Position numbers and translations under genes: made by a program
From: Chloroflexota bacterium
Lineage (GTDB): Bacteria > Chloroflexota > Dehalococcoidia > JACQUA01
Direction: 5' to 3'
Length of the DNA stretch: 32,000 nucleotides
Assembly (NCBI GenBank): GCA_016210565.1
Contig: JACQUA010000037.1
Location: 1 to 32,000, forward strand
Notes under the pieces: generated by a model
Database searches by the model: none
What the model saw: only the letters and a program-made list of their open reading frames with translations
What the model was told of the DNA's origin: nothing
Shown here: piece by piece, positions 7,003 through 15,913 of the stretch
Layout of the letters: each line of letters begins with the position of its first letter
How positions within the stretch are numbered: position 1 is the stretch's first letter

Positions 7003-10000
7003 ATGAAACAATCAATCCGCCTGGTGAGTCTGGCATGTGCGGTTTTTGTGCTGTTTTCGTTTTTTCCGCCCCTCCTGGACCATGCCGTCGCCCAGGGGCC
7101 GGTGGCGCCCTCGAAGATCAGCAGCCGGCTGGACATGCAGCTAAAAGAAAAGGCGGTGTACATCGCAAGGGGCGGCAGGATGCAGCCGGAGGAGGTCACG
7201 CTCCCTCAATTGATTGGTAGACCGCTGGAGGAAGCTTCCCGGCAGAAAGTGTTCATCCATAGCGCGGAGCGGCCCGGTCCGGCCCAGCTAGCCGAATTGC
7301 GGGCTATGGGCATCGCCGTTTACCCAGATTCCTGGATACCCCCTGTCGGCCGTCACCCCACCGGCTTCTTCTACGCCGAGTCGCCGGTGGACCAGATCCA
7401 GGTCCTGGCGGCCAGGGACTACGTGTCCCGTGTAGAGACTGCGGAGATGGCCAGCAAACCACTCAACGATCTCGCGGCCCAGGCCACCGGGGCCAACCAG
7501 GTGTGGAACCTGGGCTACCGGGGCGCGGGGGTCACGGTGGCGGTCCTCGATTCAGGGCTGGACACGAACCATCTCGATTTCCCGGTCCCGGTTGTCAAGA
7601 AGGACTATTCGGCTTACCCTGTGGTGGATGAAACCGTCGCTAACACGGTGACCGGGCACGGCACCCACGTCGCGGGTACCGCCGTGGGTCGGGGTACCCG
7701 GTCGGGAGGGACCTATAAGGGGGCGGCGCCGGAGGCCAGCCTGGTGTTTATTAAGATCGGCCGCGACAGCGATAGCGCGGCCCCCTCCGCCGGCGAGGTG
7801 GCAGCCATCAGAGACGCCGTGGACCTGTACGGGGCCCGGGTCATCACCATGAGCTACGGAAGCTGGAGCGACTACCACGACGGGTCTGGCAGTGTGGCGC
7901 AGGCGGTGGACTACGCGGTCAGCCGGGGCGCCGTATACTTCGGCTCGGCGGGCAACTCCGCTAACGACGGCGAGCATTACTCGGGGACCGTCAGCGCCGG
8001 AGGTACCACCGGCTTTGTCCAGGTCAACGCCACCAATACCAGCGGGACTTCCGCCACCAATACTACGGTCCTGTCTTTCAACATGGTCTGGTTCGACGGC
8101 CCCGGCATACGTAATGATCTCGTGCTGGAGTATTACGACTCGGCATTTCAACTGCTGGCCTCTACCAATGGCACTCAGTCCCAGGGATCGAGGGGCACCG
8201 AGAGCGAGGTTTCCAGGATGAACGGCTGGCTTCCCTATCTCCCCTCCCTTGCTACCAGCACCTGGTACGTCAGGGTACGCAACAACTCGGCGACCGACCA
8301 GCTATTTCATCTCTACTACGACGACTATTATAACAGCTCCTCGGCGGTAAGAGTGACCTTTCAAACACCTGACCCCTTCTATACCCTCTCCTCACCCGCG
8401 GAAGCCGATGGCGCCATTGCCGTGGGCGCCTACGTAACCAGGAAGATCTGGACCGACTACCAGGGAGGCATGTGGCAGTCGTCCGAAACAGTGGGCACGA
8501 TTGCATCATTCAGCAGCCGGGGGCCCCGGGTGGATGGCGGGGCGCCGGGCGCGCCGGGCAAACCGAACCTGGTAGCGCCGGGTTCACGCATCGTATCGGC
8601 CCGGGACGCCGTGGTCTATCCATGGCCCAATACCAACTACAACCGTTATGTAATTGACAATGACGGGCAGTTCCTCAACGGGTCGGGGCCCGCGGACTAC
8701 TACCTGATGCAGGGAACGAGCATGGCGGCGCCCCACGCTGCGGGAATTGCTGCCCTTCTCTTGAGCAAGAACCCGTCGCTGACGCCGGCGCAGGTCCGTA
8801 CCTATTTGGAAAGCACTGCCACGGACAAAGGCGACCCCGGCCGGGATAATACCTACGGTTGGGGGCTGATCAATGCCCTCGCCGCCATCAACCAGGTCCC
8901 GGCGGCCGTGCCGCCGGTGGCCGGCTTCACCAGGGTACTCAATCCCGCGAACGGGGTGGCGCCGGTTACGGCAAACTTTACCGATACTTCGACCAATTCG
9001 CCGACAAGCTGGTCCTGGAACTTCGGCGATGGCAGCGGCAGTTCTTCCCAGAACCCGAGCAAGACCTACAGCACCCCGGGCAACTACACGGTGACTCTGA
9101 CGGCGGGCAATATCGCAGGGTCCAGCTCTGCATCCCAGACGGTGAATATCTACAGCATCCCTGTGGCCGGGTTCACCAGGACACTGAATCCCGCGAACGG
9201 TGTGGCGCCGGCTTCAGCGACCTTCACCGATTCTTCCACTGGCAATGTTACGACCTGGTCCTGGAGCTTCGGCGATGGCACGGGCAGCTCCTCCCAGAAC
9301 GCGGTGAAGATTTACAGCGCCGGGGGCAACTACACGGTGACGCTGACCGCTAGCAACCCTGCCGGATCGAGATCGACTTCACAGATTGTCAGCGTATACG
9401 GCGCTCCGGTAGCCGGTTTCAGCAAGAGCGCTTCCATTGGCCTCGTCCCGCTGACGGTTAACTTTGCGGATACTTCCAGCGGCAATGTCACCGGCTGGTC
9501 GTGGAACTTCGGCGATGGCGCCGGCAGTTCATCGCAGAACCCATCCCGGACCTACGCCAGTTCCGGGAATTACACTGTAACCCTGACGGCGACTAACCCG
9601 GCAGGGTCCAACTCCACCTCCCAGGCGATTGCTGTCTACAACTTGCCCGTGGCCGGCTTCACGAAGAGCCTTAGTCCGGGGAACGGCGTGGCGCCGGTCA
9701 CTGTCAGTTTTACTGATACTTCCACCGGGACTCCGGTAACGTGGTCCTGGGACTTCGGCGACGGGACCGGCAGTTCTTCCCAGAACCCGGTGAAGATTTA
9801 CAGCGCGGCGGGTAACCATACCGTAACGTTGACTGTTACCAACCCCCCCGGCGGGGTTGGGTCTGTTTCCCAGGCAGTGAGCGTGTACAGCATGCCTGTA
9901 GCCGGCTTCACCGAAAATGTTTCCAGCGGGATAGCGCCGCTGACGGTGAACTTCACCGATACCTCGGCGGGCAACATCGTGAGCTGGCTGTGGAGCTTCG

Positions 10001-11034
10001 GCGACGGGACGACCAGCTCGACAAAGAACCCGGTCAAGACCTATAGCAGCTCCGGCAACTACGCGGTGACGCTGACGGTGACCAATCCGGCTGGGAGCAG
10101 TTCGGCCACGGCGGTCAAGCGGGTGTACAGCATGCCTTCGGCGAACTTCACGGTCTCGGCGACCGGGGCCAACCCGGGGGGGGTGCTTTATTTCACCGAC
10201 CAGTCCAGCGGGAACGTTACCGGATGGTCATGGAGCTTCGGGGACGGGACGGGGAGTTCGTCCCAAAACCCGTCCAAGAGCTACGCCTCGACGGGCAACT
10301 ACAGCGTATCACTGACGGCCTCCAACCTGGCTGGCAGCAACACGCTTAGCCGGACGGGCTACGTCACGGTGACTTCTTCAGCCCTGAGTCTTACGGCGGA
10401 GACGGCCCTGGTACCGGACGTGTCCGGCGGGTACGCCGTCATCCGCGCCCGGATCAACCGGCTCAAAAACGGGGCAGAGGTCTTTGCCATCGGCGACGGG
10501 ATAGGGTCCTATGATGCCTATGTGACATACGTTGCCGCCGGGGTGACGGTGGTGGGGGTGGACATTGAAGCGCCCTTTGGCAGCCCCACGGTCACCGCCG
10601 GCACCGGGAGGACGGATTTCAACGCGTCGCAGGCGGGTGGGTCGCCGGCGCCGATGCTGGACGTGGCCCGGTTGAGGGTGCGGCTGCCGGGGAGCAGCGA
10701 ATTCCCCTATACCGTGACGCTGAATTTCAATAGCATCGCCAGGGTGAGCGGTGGTGGGACGGTAGAGCAGGCGGGTCCTGCCGGGGCCGTGTTTCGCAGG
10801 GGCGACGCCAATGGCAACGGGGTTGTGGACATGACCGATGCCCTGTTCATTGCCCAGTACCGGGTGGGCATCCGCGGCCTGGGTACCGACGCGCTGAGCG
10901 TTAACCCGGTCAGCGCTGCCAGCGTGAAGCCGGATGATGATGGGACCGGGGACAAGATCGACATGAATGACGCTCTGTTCATCGCCCAGTTCCGGGTGGG
11001 CATCCGGAATGCTTCTTTTCAGTGGACAGCGTGA
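7003..11034 (+). CDS. Secreted subtilisin-like (S8) serine protease with six PKD repeats, a cohesin-like module and a C-terminal dockerin
   Basis: Signal peptide MKQSIRLVSLACAVFVLFSFFPPLLDHAVA/QG. Catalytic triad contexts VAVLDSGLD, HGTHVAGTA and GTSMAAPHAAG. Six PKD repeats of 80-83 aa (W.W.FGDG..SS.QNP..Y...GNYTVTLTA.N.AGS). Two dockerin Ca-binding segments: GDANGNGVVDMTDALFIAQYRVG and DDDGTGDKIDMNDALFIAQFRVG. Confidence 0.95.
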   Translation: MKQSIRLVSLACAVFVLFSFFPPLLDHAVAQGPVAPSKISSRLDMQLKEKAVYIARGGRMQPEEVTLPQLIGRPLEEASRQKVFIHSAERPGPAQLAELRAMGIAVYPDSWIPPVGRHPTGFFYAESPVDQIQVLAARDYVSRVETAEMASKPLNDLAAQATGANQVWNLGYRGAGVTVAVLDSGLDTNHLDFPVPVVKKDYSAYPVVDETVANTVTGHGTHVAGTAVGRGTRSGGTYKGAAPEASLVFIKIGRDSDSAAPSAGEVAAIRDAVDLYGARVITMSYGSWSDYHDGSGSVAQAVDYAVSRGAVYFGSAGNSANDGEHYSGTVSAGGTTGFVQVNATNTSGTSATNTTVLSFNMVWFDGPGIRNDLVLEYYDSAFQLLASTNGTQSQGSRGTESEVSRMNGWLPYLPSLATSTWYVRVRNNSATDQLFHLYYDDYYNSSSAVRVTFQTPDPFYTLSSPAEADGAIAVGAYVTRKIWTDYQGGMWQSSETVGTIASFSSRGPRVDGGAPGAPGKPNLVAPGSRIVSARDAVVYPWPNTNYNRYVIDNDGQFLNGSGPADYYLMQGTSMAAPHAAGIAALLLSKNPSLTPAQVRTYLESTATDKGDPGRDNTYGWGLINALAAINQVPAAVPPVAGFTRVLNPANGVAPVTANFTDTSTNSPTSWSWNFGDGSGSSSQNPSKTYSTPGNYTVTLTAGNIAGSSSASQTVNIYSIPVAGFTRTLNPANGVAPASATFTDSSTGNVTTWSWSFGDGTGSSSQNAVKIYSAGGNYTVTLTASNPAGSRSTSQIVSVYGAPVAGFSKSASIGLVPLTVNFADTSSGNVTGWSWNFGDGAGSSSQNPSRTYASSGNYTVTLTATNPAGSNSTSQAIAVYNLPVAGFTKSLSPGNGVAPVTVSFTDTSTGTPVTWSWDFGDGTGSSSQNPVKIYSAAGNHTVTLTVTNPPGGVGSVSQAVSVYSMPVAGFTENVSSGIAPLTVNFTDTSAGNIVSWLWSFGDGTTSSTKNPVKTYSSSGNYAVTLTVTNPAGSSSATAVKRVYSMPSANFTVSATGANPGGVLYFTDQSSGNVTGWSWSFGDGTGSSSQNPSKSYASTGNYSVSLTASNLAGSNTLSRTGYVTVTSSALSLTAETALVPDVSGGYAVIRARINRLKNGAEVFAIGDGIGSYDAYVTYVAAGVTVVGVDIEAPFGSPTVTAGTGRTDFNASQAGGSPAPMLDVARLRVRLPGSSEFPYTVTLNFNSIARVSGGGTVEQAGPAGAVFRRGDANGNGVVDMTDALFIAQYRVGIRGLGTDALSVNPVSAASVKPDDDGTGDKIDMNDALFIAQFRVGIRNASFQWTA
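8911..10374 (+). repeat. Six tandem 240-249 bp coding repeats (PKD domains) inside the protease gene
   Basis: Repeat starts (V/S of the VAGFT motif) are at 8917, 9163, 9409, 9649, 9898 and 10138. The similarity is recognisable at DNA level (e.g. TGGTCCTGGAACTTCGGCGATGGC variants). Confidence 0.9.
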
Positions 11035-11039
11035 GCGAT

Positions 11040-11097
11040 GTAGGGTGGGTTAAGCCCAACCGGGTGGCGCCGGTGGGTGGGGTTGGGCGAACCCACC
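11040..11097 (+). repeat. 58-bp REP/MITE-like element, family A (GTAGGGTGGGTTAAGC...GCGAACCCACC)
   Basis: Termini are shared with copies at 17397-17454 (+), 12372-12417 (-) and 17784-17842 (-), and with a degenerate copy near 22090-22118. Confidence 0.8.
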
Positions 11098-11297
11098 ATC
11101 CTCCATGGAAGCTCCTTTCTTCGATGTTCCCTTAGTGCTCTCGCGCAGGTGGATTCGCACAACAGGCTGGCTCGCTTTGACGTGCGTATCCCGGTTGGTG
11201 GCTTTCTGTCACATGGGGGCGTTGCCCGGAATTTTGGCCGGCTCCGGGGATGTACAGCCCTCGCAGGCACGGAGGCCTGCGGTACCGGGCTTCTAAC

Positions 11298-11327
11298 TTG
11301 ACATGCCAGCTTTGAGTGGGGTATGCT
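11298..11327 (+). promoter_or_regulatory. Candidate sigma-70 promoter upstream of rnc (TTGACA-18 nt-TATGCT)
   Basis: Perfect -35 at 11298-11303 and a -10-like TATGCT at 11322-11327. This would give a leader of about 125 nt containing the hairpin CCTCTCCC-atcaa-GGGAGAGG (11411-11431). Confidence 0.35.
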
Positions 11328-11458
11328 CATGGGGCCGATGGCGAACAACGCAAAGAGGGGACCCGGGTCTGCCCTGCGGGTACCCGCGGTGCTTTCACCC
11401 TCTCTTTAGCCCTCTCCCATCAAGGGAGAGGAGACTTGCTGAAAGGCCCTCCTCCGAT

Positions 11459-12169
11459 TTGAACGAAGTCCTCCTCTTAGAGGAAAAACTGAATGTCAGT
11501 TTCCGCGACAAGGCCCTCCTGGAGCAGGCCCTGGTTCACAGTTCCTTCCTCAACGAGAACCCCCAGGCCACCGCGGCTTCCAACGAACGGATGGAGTTCC
11601 TTGGCGATGCTCTGATAGGACTGGTGGTCGCTCGCGAGCTCTATTTGGGCTATCCCGATTTGGCCGAAGGGCAGATGACCCGCCTGCGGGCTTCGATCAT
11701 CAATGGAGAGGTCCTGGCGGGGCGGGCCAAAGCCCTGGGCGTGGGAGACTGCCTTATCCTGGGAAAGGGAGAGGAGCTGGACGGTGGGCGGGACAAAGAA
11801 AGAAACCTGGCGGGGGCTTTTGAGGCGGTCATGGGGGCCTTGCTCGTGGACCAGGGACTCGAGGTTGCCAGCGAAGCCGTGGTGAGGCTGCTGGACGAGG
11901 AAATCAAGAATGCCGTAGAAGGCAGGACCGGCGTTGATCATAAGTCGGAGCTTCAGGAGCTGGTGCAAAAAGTGTACCGGATGACTCCGAGTTATCGCGT
12001 GGCGGCGGCGGATGGGCCGGAGCACCAGCGGCGCTTCACTGCCGAACTATTCGTCGGCGAGGATTTGCTGGGGACCGGGACCGGGCCGAGCAAACACAAG
12101 GCAGAGCGGGAGGCGGCAAGGGCCGCACTGGAGAAGCTGAAAGGGGAGGGAGTAGGGAGTAGGGAGTAG
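11459..12169 (+). CDS. rnc: Ribonuclease III
   Basis: RNase III signature NERMEFLGDALIGLVVA. The C-terminal dsRBD has DHKSELQELVQ ... GPEHQRRF ... GTGPSKHKAEREAARAALEKL. The start is placed at in-frame TTG 11459 (MNEVLLLEEKLNVSF..) with GAAAGG upstream. The ORF-track start 11303 would add an implausible repeat-derived N-terminus. The exact start is uncertain. Confidence 0.88.
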   Translation: MNEVLLLEEKLNVSFRDKALLEQALVHSSFLNENPQATAASNERMEFLGDALIGLVVARELYLGYPDLAEGQMTRLRASIINGEVLAGRAKALGVGDCLILGKGEELDGGRDKERNLAGAFEAVMGALLVDQGLEVASEAVVRLLDEEIKNAVEGRTGVDHKSELQELVQKVYRMTPSYRVAAADGPEHQRRFTAELFVGEDLLGTGTGPSKHKAEREAARAALEKLKGEGVGSRE

Positions 12170-12257
12170 GAAGGGTAGGAAGAGTAGGAAGGGTAGGAAG
12201 GGTAGGAAGGGTAGGAAGGGTAGGAAGGGTAGGAAGAGTAGGAAGAGTAGCAAAGTA
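12147..12257 (+). repeat. Short-period tandem array (AGTAGGG)x2 then about 9 x 9-bp GTAGGAAGG/GTAGGAAGA units, overlapping the rnc stop codon
   Basis: Read directly. TAG occurs in every unit, and the rnc stop TAG (12167-12169) is one of them. The sense strand is essentially C-free. GGG runs at 12191, 12200, 12209, 12218 and 12227 have 6-nt spacers. Confidence 0.95.
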
Positions 12258-12371
12258 GTTAGAGCAAGCAGTTAGCCGAGCGGGTGGGTAAGCATCCCGA
12301 TGCAATCGGGATGGGAACCCAGCAGAGCAAGGGGCACCAGAACGAAGCTGTGCAAGCCGTCCGAGAACAAC

Positions 12372-12417
12372 GGTGGGTTCGCGTCCCGATGTCATCGGGA
12401 CGCTTAACCCACCCTAC
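12372..12417 (-). repeat. Family A REP/MITE-like element (short variant) carrying an internal GTCCCGA..TCGGGAC hairpin
   Basis: The reverse complement reads GTAGGGTGGGTTAAGC-GTCCCGATGACATCGGGAC-GCGAACCCACC. Confidence 0.75.
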
Positions 12418-12463
12418 GGAACCGACTGCTGAATGCTGATAGCTGTTACCGAAAGGAGATAGC

Positions 12464-13990
12464 ATGGTCGAGAGGAACATCACGAGCCTGAGAGGCGCCC
12501 TGGACTATTTGAATTCCATCGGGGAACTATCTGTGGTGAAGGGAGAGGTGAGCCCTATCCTGGAGATTTCGGGCATCCAGAAGGCCCTGGAAAACGGGCC
12601 AACCCTGTTGTTCGAGAACATTCAGGGCTATCCCTGGGTCAGGGATGTGGGGAACATCTTCTCCCGCCGGGAGAGGGTAGCCAAACTCTTTGGCGCGGAT
12701 GATTACAAGCAGGTCAAATTCAAGTGCCAGGAGGCAATCCGCCATCCGCTGCCGGTGAAAGAGGTCACCGAGGCGCCTTGCCAGGAAGTGGTCATCGACC
12801 GGGACATAGATGTCATGGGGACCCTGCCCATATTGAAACATACCGAAAGGGACGGCGCCAGGATTCTGGGCGGGGGCAACACGTTGATCAGCGGCAAGTT
12901 CTTCCGGGGCGGCACACACATTTCTTTCAACCGGATGAGTTTTCGGGGAAAGGACTGGGGGACCATCTCTTTCGGCTCCGGCAATCACGCGGAATGGGTA
13001 ACCTACATCGAGCACCGTTCGGAGACGATTCCGGTGACCATCAACATCGGCAATCCGCCGGCGGTGACCGCCGCCGCGGCAGCCGGTTTCCTCCATCCCA
13101 TTGTGCCCATCGGCGCCGACGAGCTGGGGTTTTCGGGCGCGCTCCAGGGGTCGCCGGTGGAACTGGTTAAGGCGAAGACCGTGGACGCTTATGCCATCGC
13201 CCAGGCGGAATGGGTTATCGAGGGCTGGGTGAACAGCAAGGAGCGGGCCTGGGAAACCGAAGAGGCGGAGAAACTGGGTCGGATCGGGGTGGCGCCCTTT
13301 TTCCCGGAGTGGACGGGATACCTGGGAAGGGCCTACCGTCTACTGAAGTTCCACGTCACCGCCATCACGCACCGGCGTAACCGTCCCATCTTCTTCTCCC
13401 CCCTGGCCAATGGTTTCGAGACTGACATCGGCGGATCGCTGTTCCGTGAAGCCTGCTTCCTGGAACTGGCCGACCGCATGAGGCCCGGGCTGGTCCAGGA
13501 CGTCAATACGTTCGAAGGGGTGGCGGGGTGGGCGGGGCACGTGGTCTTCCAGGTGAAGAAAGCGCGGCGGGCCGATGAAGGCCACCAGAGGAACCTTCTG
13601 AGCGCGGCGCTGGCGGCGGCCCAGGGGCAGCGTCTGGTGATAGTGGTGGACGAGGATGTGGACATCTACAGCCCGGAGGACGTGCTCTGGGCTTTGACCA
13701 CCCGGCTGAATCCCGGCACGGGCCTCGTGCGCATAGCGGCGGGCGGCATGGGACAGGCGCTGATGCCGATGGAAAGATCAGGGATCGCCGTTCAGTCCAG
13801 CGAAGAGATCCGGCACGAAGGCGGCCTGGGTTTGGACGCTACCGTTCCCTTTGACGGCAAATGGAATTTCGAGAGGGCCAAACATCCGGGAGACAAGGTC
13901 GACCTGAAGAGATGGTTTACGGCTGAGGAGCTCGCCCGGATCAGGGAACAGCAGAGTCCCTATGCCCGGCTGATGGCGGTGAAGGGGTAG
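12464..13990 (+). CDS. UbiD-family (prFMN-dependent) decarboxylase/carboxylase, divergent subgroup, paralog 1
   Basis: 508 aa with a good SD (AAGGAG, 6 nt upstream). UbiD N-terminus LRGALDYLNSIGELSVVKGEVSPILEISGIQKALENGPTLLFENIQGYP. Motifs NRMSFR, GNH, GADELGF and AEWVIEG. Has APFFPEWTGY in place of the canonical E-G-P-F-G-E-x-T-G-Y. Confidence 0.9.
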   Translation: MVERNITSLRGALDYLNSIGELSVVKGEVSPILEISGIQKALENGPTLLFENIQGYPWVRDVGNIFSRRERVAKLFGADDYKQVKFKCQEAIRHPLPVKEVTEAPCQEVVIDRDIDVMGTLPILKHTERDGARILGGGNTLISGKFFRGGTHISFNRMSFRGKDWGTISFGSGNHAEWVTYIEHRSETIPVTINIGNPPAVTAAAAAGFLHPIVPIGADELGFSGALQGSPVELVKAKTVDAYAIAQAEWVIEGWVNSKERAWETEEAEKLGRIGVAPFFPEWTGYLGRAYRLLKFHVTAITHRRNRPIFFSPLANGFETDIGGSLFREACFLELADRMRPGLVQDVNTFEGVAGWAGHVVFQVKKARRADEGHQRNLLSAALAAAQGQRLVIVVDEDVDIYSPEDVLWALTTRLNPGTGLVRIAAGGMGQALMPMERSGIAVQSSEEIRHEGGLGLDATVPFDGKWNFERAKHPGDKVDLKRWFTAEELARIREQQSPYARLMAVKG

Positions 13991-14126
13991 GGGGCGAATA
14001 ATCCCGTAGCGGCAGGACTTGCCCCTGACGGGGCAGGGCGAGGATGGGTGGTCCGCCGCCGCGGCGATGTCGGCAGGGCGCGGTGACCTCAGCCGACAGG
14101 CTGGAAAGCCTGTCGTACCGGGGGAG

Positions 14127-14156
14127 TTGACGGGGCCAGCCGAAATCCTGTATAAA
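14127..14156 (+). promoter_or_regulatory. Candidate sigma-70 promoter upstream of ligase 1 (TTGACG-18 nt-TATAAA)
   Basis: Hexamers at 14127-14132 and 14151-14156, about 65 nt upstream of ATG 14222. Pattern match only. Confidence 0.3.
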
Positions 14157-14221
14157 TTACCAGTTACGCGACCCCTTCTGGAAACCAGCATCGGAGGGAT
14201 TCGACGAAGGAGAATTTCTAA

Positions 14222-15871
14222 ATGGCGATTCCGGCGCGGTACACTCCACAGATGATGGAGGAATACCTGAAGACTGGCCAGTGGAACCCCGTTCCCTGGC
14301 CGGAGGTCTGGGACAATAACGCCAGGGATTTCCCGAACCATGAGGCTATTTGCGATGCCAGGACCCGCTTGACCTGGGGCCAGGCGAAAGAGTGGATCGA
14401 CCGGTTCGCTCTGGGGTTTCTGGAGATGGGTTTCAAAAGAGACGAGGTCATGGTTATCCAGCTACCCAACTCGGCGGAGCTGGCCCTCCTCCGCCTCGCC
14501 TGTGAGAAAGCAGGAATTCTTTGCGCTCCCGTTCTGCGCACCCTGCGGCACAAAGAGATGGAGTACATCCTCAGCTTCACCGGCGCCCGGGGTATCATCA
14601 TCCCGCTGGAGTTCCGCGGTTTCAATTATCTTCAGATGGTACAGGAGATCCGTCCCGTCCTGCCTGGTCTGAAAGACGTCTTCGTCGCCGGGGATGTGGC
14701 GCCCGCCGGGTGCGTCTCGATCAAAGAGATGCTGCAGAAACCCCTGGAAAAGAAATATCCCCCAGGCTATTTGAAGAAGTTCACCTATGATGCCAGGGAG
14801 ACTTCCTGGATCAGCCACACCAGCGGCAGCACGGGCTTTCCCAAGTTTGTCCAGATACCAGCGGTGGCACGGCGCAGCCTCTGCGAGGGCCAGGTGCATG
14901 TCCTGAAACTGACTCAGAAGGACGTCGTCGGGGCCCTTTCCCCGGCCACCGGCGGGCCGAACATCATCACCTACTGGGCGGCGGCGATGGTGGGCGCCAG
15001 GGTGGTCATGATGGAGCATTTCGAGGCCGAAGAGGCGATGCAGCTTATCCAGAAAGAGAAAATAAGCGTGGCAGGGCTGGTCCCCACCATGCTGACCGGC
15101 ATACTGCGTCATCCCAACCGGCACAAGTATGACTTGAGCTCGATGCGGGCCTGGTACTGCGCTGCCGGGACCCCGCCATTTCAATTGGTCAAGGAGCTTG
15201 AGGAGACGGTGGGCGGGAAGGTGATCCAGGCCTATGGAGCCGTGGATTACGGTTGCGCCACCAATGCCGGGCTGGACGACTCGATGGAAGTCAGGGTGCT
15301 CACGGCCGGCAAGCCGTGCTGGGGCGCCCGCCTGAAGATAGTCGATGACAATGGCAACGAGTTGCCCCGGGGGGAGGTGGGAGAGGTGTGGGGGACCGGC
15401 CCCGGAGGCGTCGGCGGCTATTACAAAGATGAAAAGGCTACCTGGGAAGCCTGGACCAGGGACAACTGGTACCGCACCGGGGACCTGGGAAAGATCAATG
15501 AAGACGGCAACCTGCTCATCGTGGGGCGGAAAAAGGAGATGATCAAACGGGGCGGACAGAACATCTACCCTATCGAGGTAGAGAAATTGCTGATAACCCA
15601 TCCCAGGGTGAACGACGTGGCTGTGGTGGGCATGCCGGACCCGGAGATGCTGGAAAGGGCCTGCGCCTACGTGGTCCCCAAGCCGGGGCAGAAATTTCTC
15701 TTTGACGATATGTCGGAGTTCTTGAAAGAAAAGGGCCTGGCGCCTTTCAAAATCCCGGAGAGGCTGGAAATCCTGGAAAAGATGCCCATGCTGGCGGCCG
15801 ACCAGAAGATCGACAAGAAGGTCCTGAAGGCGGACATTGTCGAAAAGCTAAAAGCCGAGGGTAAGGTCTAG
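14222..15871 (+). CDS. AMP-forming acyl/aryl-CoA ligase (ANL superfamily, EntE/DhbE-like aryl-acid activating type), copy 1
   Basis: 549 aa with SD GAAGGAG. Motifs: A3 HTSGSTGFPKFV, A5 YGAVDYG, A7 YRTGDLG, A8 GRKKEMIKRGGQNIYPIEVE, and a C-terminal lysine region DQKIDKKVL. The N-terminus (Y..G.W......W ... VIQLPN..E) resembles 2,3-dihydroxybenzoate-AMP ligase-type enzymes. Confidence 0.9.
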   Translation: MAIPARYTPQMMEEYLKTGQWNPVPWPEVWDNNARDFPNHEAICDARTRLTWGQAKEWIDRFALGFLEMGFKRDEVMVIQLPNSAELALLRLACEKAGILCAPVLRTLRHKEMEYILSFTGARGIIIPLEFRGFNYLQMVQEIRPVLPGLKDVFVAGDVAPAGCVSIKEMLQKPLEKKYPPGYLKKFTYDARETSWISHTSGSTGFPKFVQIPAVARRSLCEGQVHVLKLTQKDVVGALSPATGGPNIITYWAAAMVGARVVMMEHFEAEEAMQLIQKEKISVAGLVPTMLTGILRHPNRHKYDLSSMRAWYCAAGTPPFQLVKELEETVGGKVIQAYGAVDYGCATNAGLDDSMEVRVLTAGKPCWGARLKIVDDNGNELPRGEVGEVWGTGPGGVGGYYKDEKATWEAWTRDNWYRTGDLGKINEDGNLLIVGRKKEMIKRGGQNIYPIEVEKLLITHPRVNDVAVVGMPDPEMLERACAYVVPKPGQKFLFDDMSEFLKEKGLAPFKIPERLEILEKMPMLAADQKIDKKVLKADIVEKLKAEGKV

Positions 15872-15873
15872 CT

Positions 15874-15894
15874 TTGCAAGGGGTCCCCTTGCAA
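15874..15894. promoter_or_regulatory. Perfect 21-bp palindrome TTGCAAGGGG-T-CCCCTTGCAA between ligase 1 and ubiX
   Basis: 10+1+10 perfect dyad read directly. Begins 3 nt after the ligase stop and ends 20 nt before the ubiX ATG. No T-run follows, so it is not a canonical intrinsic terminator. It could be an operator or an RNA hairpin. Confidence 0.5.
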
Positions 15895-15913
15895 ATGTGA
15901 AGGGCTGACAAGA

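Noticed and set aside
8911-10374. Six approximately 245-bp DNA repeats as a satellite or mobile repeat
   Set aside because: They are in-frame PKD-domain coding repeats inside one long ORF with clear protease, PKD and dockerin homology.
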